A DNA stretch of 64,000 nt from an uncultured Acidimicrobiales bacterium (GTDB taxonomy: Bacteria > Actinomycetota > Acidimicrobiia > Acidimicrobiales > CAVXTF01), in assembly GCA_963764615.1 (NCBI GenBank), contig CAVXTF010000002.1, positions 2,016,351 through 2,080,350 on the forward strand, given 5' to 3'. Below, one piece after another: positions 55,352 through 64,000 of the stretch (positions are counted from its first letter, which is position 1; every line of letters begins with the position of its first letter). The notes beneath the pieces are model-generated. The model searched no databases and was not told the DNA's origin. It worked only from the letters and a program-made list of their open reading frames with translations. Both the position numbers and the translations under genes were made by a program.

Positions 55352-56008
55352 ATGTCGAAGAAGCGTCTCATGGCGGACCTAGCCGCCCTCGCGAGGATCG
55401 GACTTCTCGTCTGCTTCGTTGGGGTCGCCGCTGGCGCGTGTGACACCGGATACAAATTCTCGACATCGCAACCGGGCCCCGGATCCCAGACGCCGGTAAC
55501 GACAGGGGACGGCTCGGGTTCGACAAGCACGTCGGCGCCTGCCGCTAACGCCCCGTCGTGCCTGGCGAGGGACCTGAAGGCACGAGGGGGCCGGCGCCAG
55601 AACCCTGACGACGCCGGCGGCGCGATCGGCGATGTGATGATCTCCAACTCCTCGGGCGCCGCGTGCGAGCTGAAGGGCGCTCCGAGCCTCGAGCTCCTGA
55701 GCAGCCATGGAACCCCACTGCACGTGCAGGACGATCGGGGAGGTAGCCCGTCGCTCGCTCCGGTGATCGTCGCTGCCCGGGGTAAGAGCACTGCAGAGAT
55801 GGTCTTCACGTGGGAGAACTGGTGCGGACCCGAGCCAGGCCCGCTCGACATGGAGATCGAGCTTTCGAGCGGCGGAAAGCTCATCGCACCCCTCACTGGA
55901 GCTCTCGGGAGCTACGTTCCCACGTGCGGACGCCCTGACGCGCCCTCGGTGATCCGGGTCGAGTACGCCTACGTACCTGCCGGGTCCGCCAATCTGGCGT
56001 CAGCCTGA
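55352..56008 (+). CDS. Lipoprotein, DUF4232-like
   Basis: The signal peptide and lipobox are LLVCFVGVAAGAC. CLARDLKA..GAIGDVMISNSSGAACELKGAPSLEL is DUF4232-like. Confidence 0.7.
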   Translation: MSKKRLMADLAALARIGLLVCFVGVAAGACDTGYKFSTSQPGPGSQTPVTTGDGSGSTSTSAPAANAPSCLARDLKARGGRRQNPDDAGGAIGDVMISNSSGAACELKGAPSLELLSSHGTPLHVQDDRGGSPSLAPVIVAARGKSTAEMVFTWENWCGPEPGPLDMEIELSSGGKLIAPLTGALGSYVPTCGRPDAPSVIRVEYAYVPAGSANLASA

Positions 56009-56015
56009 CCGAGGA

Positions 56016-57545
56016 CTACCTGCGGACCGGAGCGTCCGGCAGGGGTTCGGGGGCGGGCGGCCCCGCGTAAAGCGCTGCAGGCCGGATCAGGCGATTGTCC
56101 GACGCCTGTTCGAGAACATGCGCGGACCAACCGACCGTCCTTGCTGCTGCGAAAGTGGGCGTGAACATCTCGGGGGCGATCCCGCACGCGTTCATGACCA
56201 CGCCCGCGTAGAACTCGACGTTCGTGCACAGCTCCCGCTCGGGCTTGAGCTCGGCGAGCAGCCGGATGGCTGTGGACTCGGTGTGAGCGGCGAGCTCGAA
56301 CAACGGGGCTCCGAGCGACTCCGCCACTCCGCGCAGGAACGCAGACCTGGGATCTTCGGTCCTGTAGACCCGGTGCCCGAAGCCCATGATCCTGTCCCCG
56401 CGCTCGATCGCTGTTCGCAGGTAGCCCCCGGCGCGATCGGCGGTCCGGATCTCGCTGAGCATGTCGAGTGCCCGACTCGGGGCGCCCCCATGGAGTGGGC
56501 CTGAGAGGGCCCCGATGGCACCGCACTGCGCCGCAGCGAGGTCGGCGCCTGTCGAGACGATCACGCGCGCCGCGAACGTCGAGGCGTTGAAGCCGTGATC
56601 GACGGTGAGGATCATGTACTGCTCGATAGCCCTCGCGTGAGCTACGTCGGGCTCTTTCCCGTTCAACATCCACAAATAGTTCGCTGCGTGCCCGAGGTCA
56701 TCGCGCGGACTGACGGGGTCGAGTCCCGCCCTTAGGCGAAATGTCGCCGCAAGCAGAGTCGGCACGACCGATCCGAGCTGCAGAGCCTGGGACCGCAACG
56801 TGTCGAGGTCGATGTCGTGGGTCGGCTGCCAGGAGAGCTCGGCACCGAGCAACGAGATCGAAGTGCGCAACACCTCGAGAGGGCTGCCCTTGCCTGCGAT
56901 CGCCGGCAGGATCCGCGCCACGCCGTCGGGAATCTGCCTGAGAAGCCTGACAGCGTGTGAAAACTCGTTGGACTCAGCGTCGCCGGGAAGCGAGCCTTCG
57001 AGCAGAAGTTGCCAGACGTCTTCGAACGATCGATGGGCGGCCAGGTCGATCGCCGAGTACTGCCGGTAGTGGTAGAAGCCTTCGCGCCCACGTACATCCC
57101 CGACAGCCGTCTCGGCCACCACGACGCCTTCGAGGCCGCGCGGCACCTCGATCCCGACCTCTGTTGCGGGCCTGAGACGCGCCACCCTGATCAGATCCCT
57201 GAGCGAGACGACGCCGAGCAATTCGTCACCTTCGACGACAGGAAGATGCCGGTAGTGGTGGTGCGTCAAGCTCGCCCACGCTGCTCCAGCCTCTTCGTCC
57301 GGCCCGAGAACGTCGGGCCCCGCGGTCATCCACAGACGGGTGGGCTCACGGCGGGGCTCGGCTCCCGCTGCCGCCGCCCTGAGCAGGTCGCGCTCGGTGA
57401 GGATGCCGATGACCTTCGACCTATCCGTCACCACGACAGATCCCGTAAGCGCCTCGGCCATCGTCCGGGCCGCGTCTGACAACGAAGCTTCCGCACCGCA
57501 GGTCACGGCCGGGCTCGACATCAGGTCCCTGACCAACGTCGCCAT
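56016..57545 (-). CDS. CBS-pair domain fused to citrate (or 2-methylcitrate) synthase
   Basis: The N-terminus has two CBS motifs (VRDLMSSPAVTC..VVVTDRSKVIGILTERDLL; HLPVVEGDELLGVVSLRDLI). A citrate synthase core follows: DHGFNASTF, GPLHGGA, GFGHRVYRTEDPR and NVEFYAG. Confidence 0.9.
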   Translation of the reverse strand: MATLVRDLMSSPAVTCGAEASLSDAARTMAEALTGSVVVTDRSKVIGILTERDLLRAAAAGAEPRREPTRLWMTAGPDVLGPDEEAGAAWASLTHHHYRHLPVVEGDELLGVVSLRDLIRVARLRPATEVGIEVPRGLEGVVVAETAVGDVRGREGFYHYRQYSAIDLAAHRSFEDVWQLLLEGSLPGDAESNEFSHAVRLLRQIPDGVARILPAIAGKGSPLEVLRTSISLLGAELSWQPTHDIDLDTLRSQALQLGSVVPTLLAATFRLRAGLDPVSPRDDLGHAANYLWMLNGKEPDVAHARAIEQYMILTVDHGFNASTFAARVIVSTGADLAAAQCGAIGALSGPLHGGAPSRALDMLSEIRTADRAGGYLRTAIERGDRIMGFGHRVYRTEDPRSAFLRGVAESLGAPLFELAAHTESTAIRLLAELKPERELCTNVEFYAGVVMNACGIAPEMFTPTFAAARTVGWSAHVLEQASDNRLIRPAALYAGPPAPEPLPDAPVRR

Positions 57546-57678
57546 CTGTCGAGCCCCCTTTCGTGCGAACCGGCTGTCGCCAACCTCCTCATATTGAACG
57601 CCTAGGTTTCGAATGTAAATATTGATCTAGTCAATGTGGCCTTGTTCGCTCTCAACTAGGCTCGCTGTCTTGGCGCGG

Positions 57679-58848
57679 ATGCTCGAAAGCGAAGAGGCGG
57701 CACGACGGCTCGGGATCAAACTCGCCACCCTCTACGCCTACGTGAGTAGAGGTCTGCTTCCCTCCTACCCGACCAGCGATTCCCGTAGGAGCCTGTTCGA
57801 CCTCGACGACGTCGAACGCCTCGCACGGCGATCCCGAGCCGGGCGCCGCGTGGAGACAAGACTGGCCTCTGTCACGACCGCTGTGACACAGCTGCGCGAG
57901 GACGGTCCTGCCTATCGAGGGAGGCCGGTAGCCGACCTCGCACGGACGGAGACCTTCGAGTCGGTCGCCAACCTGCTCTTCGAGGCAACCTCTGGACCGG
58001 ATCAGGGCTGGCAACCCGTGCGACTGCCCCGACCGCCCTTGATGGCAGCCTCAGGGCGTCTGTGCTGGGCGGTCATGATGTGCGGGGCCCGCGATCCGCT
58101 GCGTTCAGACCTCCGCACCGAGGCCGTCGTCAGAAACGCAAGGAAGGTCATAGCGACGGCCGTCGAGTCCCTTCGAGACTCAGTGCGACCGGCCGCTGGC
58201 ACGGAACGAGCTCACCGCCGTCCCGAAGCCATCGCACAACGGCTGGGTCAATGCCTGACCGCGCAACCTTCACCTGCGATCGTCCGGGCTATGGACACCG
58301 CCCTCGTCGTCCTCGCCGACCACGAGCTCGCCACTTCCACCATGGCGGTCCGCATCGCCGCCTCCACCCGAGCAGACGTCTACGACGGGTTGCTGGCGGG
58401 GCTCTGCACGCTCGCCGGTCCCTTGCACGGCGGTGCCAGTGAGCTTGCGCACGCTCTGTTGATGCAAGCGGAGCGCACCGGCGTCGAGCCGGCTCTCGAT
58501 TCGACGTTGCGCTGGCAGAAAGCGCTACCCGGGTTCGGCCATCCCTTGTACAGCAGAGGCGATCCGAGGTTCGACATCCTCATGTCGAGAGTCAGCGAAA
58601 TCGCCACGCCTGAGCAACGCCAGATCTTGAGCACGCTCGTCGGGCTGGCACGAGCCCATGCAGTGCCGGAACCGAACGTCGACCTCGCCCTTGCGGCCCT
58701 CACTTGGGTAACCAATGCACCCGCCGACGCGGGTCGCACGATCTTCAGTGTCGCGCGTCTCGCCGGATGGACCGCTCACTACATCGAAGAGCTGAGCGAA
58801 AGACCCCTGCGATTCAGAGCCAGGGCCGTCTACGCATCCAACCACTGA
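57679..58848 (+). CDS. HTH (excisionase/MerR-like) domain fused to citrate synthase-like domain
   Basis: The HTH is MLESEEAARRLGIKLATLYAYVSRGLLP. The citrate-synthase-like core is ADHELATST, GPLHGGAS, GFGHPLYSRGDPR, PNVDLA and ARLAGWTAH. Confidence 0.85.
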   Translation: MLESEEAARRLGIKLATLYAYVSRGLLPSYPTSDSRRSLFDLDDVERLARRSRAGRRVETRLASVTTAVTQLREDGPAYRGRPVADLARTETFESVANLLFEATSGPDQGWQPVRLPRPPLMAASGRLCWAVMMCGARDPLRSDLRTEAVVRNARKVIATAVESLRDSVRPAAGTERAHRRPEAIAQRLGQCLTAQPSPAIVRAMDTALVVLADHELATSTMAVRIAASTRADVYDGLLAGLCTLAGPLHGGASELAHALLMQAERTGVEPALDSTLRWQKALPGFGHPLYSRGDPRFDILMSRVSEIATPEQRQILSTLVGLARAHAVPEPNVDLALAALTWVTNAPADAGRTIFSVARLAGWTAHYIEELSERPLRFRARAVYASNH

Positions 58849-58896
58849 CCCCCGGGATCCCCGGCCACCTCTGAGCAGAGAAAAGGGTTTTCGGGC

Positions 58897-59346
58897 TCAG
58901 CGACAGGTTGCGCAGAGCCCGAGCACATCGAGACGGTGGCTGTGGGGCTCGAATCCTTCACTCTGCGCCAATGCATCGAGAGTCGACGCAACGTCGCGCT
59001 CGAATTCGGAGGAGGGCGTGACGTCTATGACCTTGCCGCACTCGATGCATACAAGATGATGGTGATGCTCGGTCAGATCCTCCGCGAGCTCGAAGCGTGC
59101 GAACTCGTCTCCGCCGGCCACACGGCGTACGGCACCTGCCACCTCGAGATCCACAAGATGCCGGTACGCCGAGCTGCGGGGAAGCGAGGGGAGCCGATCC
59201 GCTATGTCCCCGATGCTCACAGGACGGCCTGCACTCACGAGCATCTCGATGATCGCCCGCCGGCCGGGGGTGTACCGCTGATCGACCCGGCGGAGACGGG
59301 CCTCCACCAGGCCGTGCAGTTCATCGTCCACGTCACCGGCTGACAT
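58897..59346 (-). CDS. Fur family transcriptional regulator
   Basis: RYTPGRRAIIEML..SAYRHLVDLEVAG..HHHHLVCIECGKV..CATC is present. The start is set at MSAGDVDD. Confidence 0.85.
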   Translation of the reverse strand: MSAGDVDDELHGLVEARLRRVDQRYTPGRRAIIEMLVSAGRPVSIGDIADRLPSLPRSSAYRHLVDLEVAGAVRRVAGGDEFARFELAEDLTEHHHHLVCIECGKVIDVTPSSEFERDVASTLDALAQSEGFEPHSHRLDVLGLCATCR

Positions 59347-59462
59347 CGGGCTCCTCGCGTCCTGTGTCCTCCATTTATACAAGTCGAACTGCCTCGACTC
59401 GGCGGTGGCGGACCCTCAGGTTCCCTGTCAGAGCGCTGTCTAAGGGTATAGACTTATCGACC

Positions 59463-59669
59463 GTGACTCCGACGGTCCGTACCGAAGACCTTGCTGACGC
59501 TCAGGAGCTCGCCACCCTTCTCGGGCTTCGGCACCCGAACAGCGTCAGCACGTACCAGAGGCGCTATCCCGACATGCCGAAACCGGTTCTCGATCTCGGG
59601 CCGGGTAGACCGAAGCTCTGGCTGCGCCCTCACGTGAGCGCATGGGCAGAGGCCCGCCGCCGAAGTTGA
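59463..59669 (+). CDS. Small hypothetical protein (possible HTH)
   Basis: This is the GTG-started sub-ORF of 59364..59669 (DLADAQELATLLGLRHPNSVSTYQRRYPDMP). Its stop overlaps the map start region. Confidence 0.4.
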   Translation: MTPTVRTEDLADAQELATLLGLRHPNSVSTYQRRYPDMPKPVLDLGPGRPKLWLRPHVSAWAEARRRS

Positions 59670-60595
59670 GACAGCCGATCAGGTCCAACGCCCCCTGCTG
59701 GTGCGGAAGCGGCCGCAAGTACAAACGCTGTCACCGTGCCGAACGAGATCTCGTGCTGCCCGGCGAGATAAGCCCCCGGCGCGAGGTCCCTTCTCACATT
59801 GTGCTACCCGATTACGCGCGTGACGGCATGCCCGTCCTGCTGGACGAGCCCATGGCGAAGAGTCCCGAGACCATCGACCGGATGCGTCGAGCAGGACTGG
59901 TCGCAGCACGTGTCCTGCAGGTCACCGCGGCAGCACTCGAGCCCGGCGTGACGACCGATGCGCTCGACGCCGTCTGCCACGAAGCCACTATCGAGTTGGG
60001 GGCGTACCCGAGCCCGCTCAACTACCACGGGTTCCCGAAATCCATCTGCACTTCGGTGAACGAGGTGATCTGCCACGGCATACCGGACTCGCGCCCCGTC
60101 GCAGAAGGCGACATCGTCAACCTCGACGTGACGGTTTACCTGCAAGGAGTGCACGGCGACACGAGCGCCACTTTCGCGGTCGGTCGGACAGACGCGGAAT
60201 CCGAGCGGCTGGTGCGCGTCACGGAGGAAAGCCTGCAGCTCGGCATCGCCGCGGTTGCTCCCGGAAGGCCCGTGAGCGACATCGGGCGTGCCATCGAGCG
60301 TCATGCCGAGGGCGAGGGATACAGCGTGATCCGCGCATTCTGCGGGCACGGCATAGGTGAGGTCTTCCATTCCCGCCCGCAGATCCCCCACTACTTCGAC
60401 CCGCGTGCATCGACTGTCATCGAGCCGAACATGACGTTCACAATCGAGCCGATGATCGCGATCGGCACATGGCGCCACGCGAGCTGGGACGACGGCTGGA
60501 CCGCGGTGACAGCGGACCGGCAAAGGACTGCGCAATTCGAGCACACGATCCTGGTTACGCCCACGGGAGCAGAAGTCCTGACCCGTTGTCCCTGA
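59642..60595 (+). CDS. map: Type I methionine aminopeptidase with N-terminal SEC-C zinc motif
   Basis: The SEC-C motif is CWCGSGRKYKRCH. The metal ligands lie in DIVNLDVT, FCGHGIG and EPM..EHT. An alternative TTG start lies at 59666. Confidence 0.9.
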   Translation: MGRGPPPKLRQPIRSNAPCWCGSGRKYKRCHRAERDLVLPGEISPRREVPSHIVLPDYARDGMPVLLDEPMAKSPETIDRMRRAGLVAARVLQVTAAALEPGVTTDALDAVCHEATIELGAYPSPLNYHGFPKSICTSVNEVICHGIPDSRPVAEGDIVNLDVTVYLQGVHGDTSATFAVGRTDAESERLVRVTEESLQLGIAAVAPGRPVSDIGRAIERHAEGEGYSVIRAFCGHGIGEVFHSRPQIPHYFDPRASTVIEPNMTFTIEPMIAIGTWRHASWDDGWTAVTADRQRTAQFEHTILVTPTGAEVLTRCP

Positions 60596-60632
60596 ACCCG
60601 TCCTTGCGAGATCGAGACTTCTCGTATACGTA

Positions 60633-61163
60633 GTGCATGCTGGTTCCATGGAACGATGCGACCAATGCGGTTTCAACTATGCGGACGCTGCCGGAGGTGA
60701 CGTCGGCGATACCTTGCGAGATCTGTGCGCTCGTTATGTCGAGATCCTCTCCGATCATGAGCCCGAAAGCGATCTGAGAACGAGGCCGGCCTCCGACGTC
60801 TGGTCGGCCCTCGAGTACGCCTGTCACGTTCGAGACGTCCTGTTGATCCAGCGTGATCGGGTGATACTGGCGCTCGTGGAGGACTCACCGGATTTCGCAC
60901 GGATGTACAGGGACGAGCGTGCCGCGTTGACCGGTTACCGGCAGGAACCGCTCGGGGAGGTAACCGAGGAGCTCAAGGTCGCAGGCAATTTGTTCGCGAG
61001 GGTCTTCGAACGGCTCTCGGCGGAGCAGATGGCCAGGCCATGCATCTACAATTTCCCTGAGCCGACCACGAGGGATGTCGAATGGCTCGGTCGCCACACG
61101 GTCCACGAGACGATGCATCATCTCGGTGATGTGGAGGCGGTGCTCTTGCGCATCTCTTCTTGA
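60633..61163 (+). CDS. DinB-family (DinB_2 / MDMPI-like) protein
   Basis: WSALEYACHVRD..HTVHETMHHLGD is the His triad typical of DinB-fold metal sites. Confidence 0.75.
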   Translation: MHAGSMERCDQCGFNYADAAGGDVGDTLRDLCARYVEILSDHEPESDLRTRPASDVWSALEYACHVRDVLLIQRDRVILALVEDSPDFARMYRDERAALTGYRQEPLGEVTEELKVAGNLFARVFERLSAEQMARPCIYNFPEPTTRDVEWLGRHTVHETMHHLGDVEAVLLRISS

Positions 61164-61187
61164 AGATCTACGAGCCGTGGTGTGACA

Positions 61188-62825
61188 TCACGTCACGACA
61201 GGTAGAGCCAGGTACGAAGGATGCTCAGGATCGTGGAAGACCTCGTTGTCGGCGACGCGGAGATTCGTCGCAACCATGAGCCGCTCTCCTGTGCCGCAGT
61301 TCCGAGCAAAGAGCGGGTGTGCGCCGCTCGAGACCTGGAGCCGGATCCGATGGCCCTGCCTGAACGTGTTGGCCGTCGGCCACATGTCGATCCTGACCGC
61401 AATCGAGCCGTCTTCGGCTCGAACCGCCTTTCGGCAGTGTAGGTGCACGATCCCGTCGCTCAAGTTCTTCGAACGCCCTCTCGAGGACACGTCACATAGC
61501 CGGACGAAGAAGTCCGCGTCGTCGAGGGTGGACGTCACATGGAGATGGGCGCTCAGTGGCCCGATCACGGTGACATCCTCCTCGAGCGGCCCGCTCGTGT
61601 AGGTGAGGACGTCGGATCGAATCTCGCGCCGACGCTGGTTCTTCGGCCCGGTGCTCGCCGAATCGAGCGATGCCCCGCCGTTGGCCGGCGTCGGGTCCCG
61701 CGGGTCGAAACGGTACCTGTCCGGAGACGAGTCGGGCGGCGTCGACCGGTCAAGCCGTGCACCCGGATGAAGGTGCCAATGCTCTTCGGCTGCCGGTGGT
61801 GGCCATTCGGGGATCTCGACCCATCGGCGGGCCCCCATCACGAAAACACGGACAGTCGTCCGCGCCGTGCCGGTCGAGTCGTGGCCGGTGAAACCGTCGA
61901 ACCACTCGATGCCGTCGCGCAGCATCGTCGCCAGTCCTCCGGGACTGACGTGCGACCAGGGACCGACGGTCAATCTGGCGCTGCGGCCGGCCGCCCGTAG
62001 CGCCAGATAGTCGTCGAGCTGACGGGGCAAGAAGATGTCGTACCAACCTGCGACATGGCTCGACGGAGGAGTGCGCCCGAGATCGCGACCGAAGTCGACC
62101 GGGTCCCACCACGGATCGCCTGCGTCTTCGTGGAGAAGCCAATCCCGGAAGAAATCGACCTTGTGCCCGACGAGAGCCGCGTCGGCCTCAGACACGGGAA
62201 GAACGCTGTACGCCGAGCGCAGAGCACGGCGGCGGGCGAGCAGGACCAATGCCGCACGCAGAGCACCGCGCTCCTGGTTCTCCAGTTGGTACAGCCAGGC
62301 GAGAGCGGTCTCGAGCGCGAAGCAATCGGACGGATAGACGACTGCTTCACGGAAATTCGAGGCCGTAACGTCGAGTGCCATTGCCTTTACGAACCCAGGG
62401 CAGTCCCGGGCCAGCGCCCACTGCGTGAGCCCTAGGTAGCTCGGCCCGAACGTGGCGACCTCGCCAGCGAACCATGGTTGGGCACTCACCCAGTCCAGGG
62501 TCGCCAGGCCGTCCGCTCGTTCGTTTCGGAAAGGGACCCACTCTCCCCCGGAGCCGAAAGTTCCTCTACAGCTCTGGATGACCGCCTGGTACCCCCGCTC
62601 GGCGAATAGCCTCCCGATCATTCCGACCTGCCGGCGCCCGTAGGGAGTCCGCATCAACACGACCGGTGCCGCGGCCGGCAACGGGTCCGCAGCGTGCCAG
62701 CGGTCGGCGAGCAGCACGGCCCCGTCGGGCATCTCCATCGCCAGGTCGCGCTGGACTCTCACGTCGCTCACTGTCGGCGGCGACAACCGGGCGAGCGAGG
62801 CCACAATCCGGCTAACAACAGTCAT
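61188..62825 (-). CDS. CocE/NonD family hydrolase (S15 X-Pro dipeptidyl-peptidase-like)
   Basis: RTPYGR..., FGPSYLGLTQW (nucleophile elbow GxSYxG) and a C-terminal beta-sandwich are present. The start is set at MTVVSRIV. Confidence 0.85.
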   Translation of the reverse strand: MTVVSRIVASLARLSPPTVSDVRVQRDLAMEMPDGAVLLADRWHAADPLPAAAPVVLMRTPYGRRQVGMIGRLFAERGYQAVIQSCRGTFGSGGEWVPFRNERADGLATLDWVSAQPWFAGEVATFGPSYLGLTQWALARDCPGFVKAMALDVTASNFREAVVYPSDCFALETALAWLYQLENQERGALRAALVLLARRRALRSAYSVLPVSEADAALVGHKVDFFRDWLLHEDAGDPWWDPVDFGRDLGRTPPSSHVAGWYDIFLPRQLDDYLALRAAGRSARLTVGPWSHVSPGGLATMLRDGIEWFDGFTGHDSTGTARTTVRVFVMGARRWVEIPEWPPPAAEEHWHLHPGARLDRSTPPDSSPDRYRFDPRDPTPANGGASLDSASTGPKNQRRREIRSDVLTYTSGPLEEDVTVIGPLSAHLHVTSTLDDADFFVRLCDVSSRGRSKNLSDGIVHLHCRKAVRAEDGSIAVRIDMWPTANTFRQGHRIRLQVSSGAHPLFARNCGTGERLMVATNLRVADNEVFHDPEHPSYLALPVVT

Positions 62826-62883
62826 ACGAGCGATTATGCACTGAGGGAGTGCGGCAGCACTCCTCGGATGGCAAGGTATCCCC

Positions 62884-63261
62884 GTGATCACAGGCAGCCA
62901 CGCCATCATCTACGCCGAGGATGCCGAAAAGGCGCGGGCGTTCTTCCGTGACGTTCTCGATCTTCCCTACATGGATGTGCACGGGGGATGGCTGATCTTC
63001 AAACTGCCGCCCGCCGAGCTCGGGATCCATCCGACGGGCGGAGATGCAGATCGAGGGTCAGGTCCCGCTAGTGGTCATCATGAGCTCTACCTGATGTGCG
63101 ACGACGTGGAAGCCACCGTCACCGAGCTCTCTAGCAAAGGCGTGGAGTTCACAGGAGGGATCGAAGATCAGGCTTTCGGCCTGCTCACCCGTTTCAAGAT
63201 CCCGGGAGCCGGCGACATCGGGCTTTATCAGCCCAAGCATGCGACCGCGTACGACCTTTGA
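62884..63261 (+). CDS. VOC (glyoxalase/bleomycin-resistance) family protein
   Basis: HAIIYAEDAEKARAFFRDVLDLP..ELGIHP..ELYLMCDDVEATVTELSSKGVEF is present. Confidence 0.85.
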   Translation: MITGSHAIIYAEDAEKARAFFRDVLDLPYMDVHGGWLIFKLPPAELGIHPTGGDADRGSGPASGHHELYLMCDDVEATVTELSSKGVEFTGGIEDQAFGLLTRFKIPGAGDIGLYQPKHATAYDL

Positions 63262-63307
63262 CCGATGTTCTGTGCTCGGGTCGGGCGCCCGTCGGCAGGT
63301 TGAGATC

Positions 63308-64000
63308 TCAACACTCTCGTCTGTAGGCGCAGCTCCGGAAGCGCGGGCTGAACCCCGACCCAAGGTACAGACGTCTGGCAGCCTCGTTGTTCTGGACGTA
63401 GCAAACCTTGAGACGTGAGCAGCCAAGCGCTGCCAGGCGCTCGAGCCCTGCAGAGATCAGATGGCGACCCAGGCCCATCCGCTGAAACGCCTGCTCGGTT
63501 CGCATGGGCTCGACCAATCCCACTCTTGTCACCGGATCCGCCCAGAACAGACTGTAGGCAGCCAGGTCTCCTGCGGGCGACAGGACGCTCAGATCGAGGT
63601 CGGCCCGGTAAAGCGTGCACTCGGCGAGGCGCTCTGCGATGTCGGCGCCGTTGCGCGCGATCATGTGGTGCGGCTCGGACATGCGATCGCTCCTCGCCAC
63701 GAGAGCGAACGCCCCGGGAAGTTGTCCCATCTCGGGGCGTTTCGGAGATTGCATCCATGTGGAGACCGTTACCTCGCCCATCTCCGCGAAACCCGCTTGC
63801 CTCGCTACCTCCACGAGCTGGACGTCGTCATCGCGGATGCTCAGCTCGATGGGCTTTCCGGCCGTCGATTCGATGATCTCGAGCGCGGCCGGCCAGAGCA
63901 CCTCGACGACAGGGCACACGTCGTAGTCAGCCGAGATCAGGTCGCAGCTTAGACGTGCGCCCCAATCGGTGAAGACGAAGGCACCAACCGGGGAATCTCC
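63308..64000 (-). CDS. GNAT family N-acetyltransferase (5' end beyond window)
   Basis: GLVEPMRTEQAFQRMGLGRHLISAGLERL..NNEAARRLYLGSGF is present. The frame stays open upstream of the GTG at 63919 to the window edge (GDSPVGAFVFTDWGARL..). Confidence 0.75.
   Translation of the reverse strand, partial: GDSPVGAFVFTDWGARLSCDLISADYDVCPVVEVLWPAALEIIESTAGKPIELSIRDDDVQLVEVARQAGFAEMGEVTVSTWMQSPKRPEMGQLPGAFALVARSDRMSEPHHMIARNGADIAERLAECTLYRADLDLSVLSPAGDLAAYSLFWADPVTRVGLVEPMRTEQAFQRMGLGRHLISAGLERLAALGCSRLKVCYVQNNEAARRLYLGSGFSPRFRSCAYRREC

Overview
This is a high-GC (about 65-70%) chromosomal segment. It looks actinobacterial because it carries MurT/GatD, a UsfX-SigF-type partner-switching module, an LLM (probably F420-dependent) oxidoreductase, DinB/GNAT genes and DUF3040/DUF4031/DUF4232/DUF2510-type proteins. 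About 65 genes are packed tightly, often with 4-nt ATGA/GTGA start-stop overlaps.

Landmarks, left to right:
- A decayed integrative element abutting tRNA-Val(CAC). It holds a truncated Rep fused to a truncated tyrosine integrase, a DUF4160 pair and a 32-aa-repeat TPR-like gene.
- A fused 2Fe-2S/molybdopterin oxidoreductase.
- A secreted surface protein of about 2,350 aa: L-type lectin, IPT, 14 Ig-like modules and 6 propeller-like repeats. As assembled it is split by a frameshift.
- A TetR-controlled, translationally coupled operon: FAR-HAD fusion, Zn-ADH, LarA-like DUF2088 protein and PlsC-type acyltransferase. I rate this the best candidate for an uncharacterised lipid pathway.
- An OmpR/HK pair, then HAD-PlsC / murT / gatD, then LysR.
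- A 31-bp tandem repeat that supplies the stop codons of two convergent genes.
- Phd/RelE, YqgE, cupin-TldD-PmbA, and usfX-sigF-STAS.
- A single reading frame covering RlmN and an LLM oxidoreductase.
- A PAS-GGDEF-EAL protein and cspA.
- A divergent pair of regulatory-domain-fused citrate synthase paralogues (CBS-CS and HTH-CS).
- Fur, map and assorted hydrolases.

Caveat: at least 9 conserved genes are broken by single-nt frameshifts. Several map to short homopolymers, so assembly indels are as likely as true pseudogenes. No CRISPR array, rRNA or intact transposon was seen.
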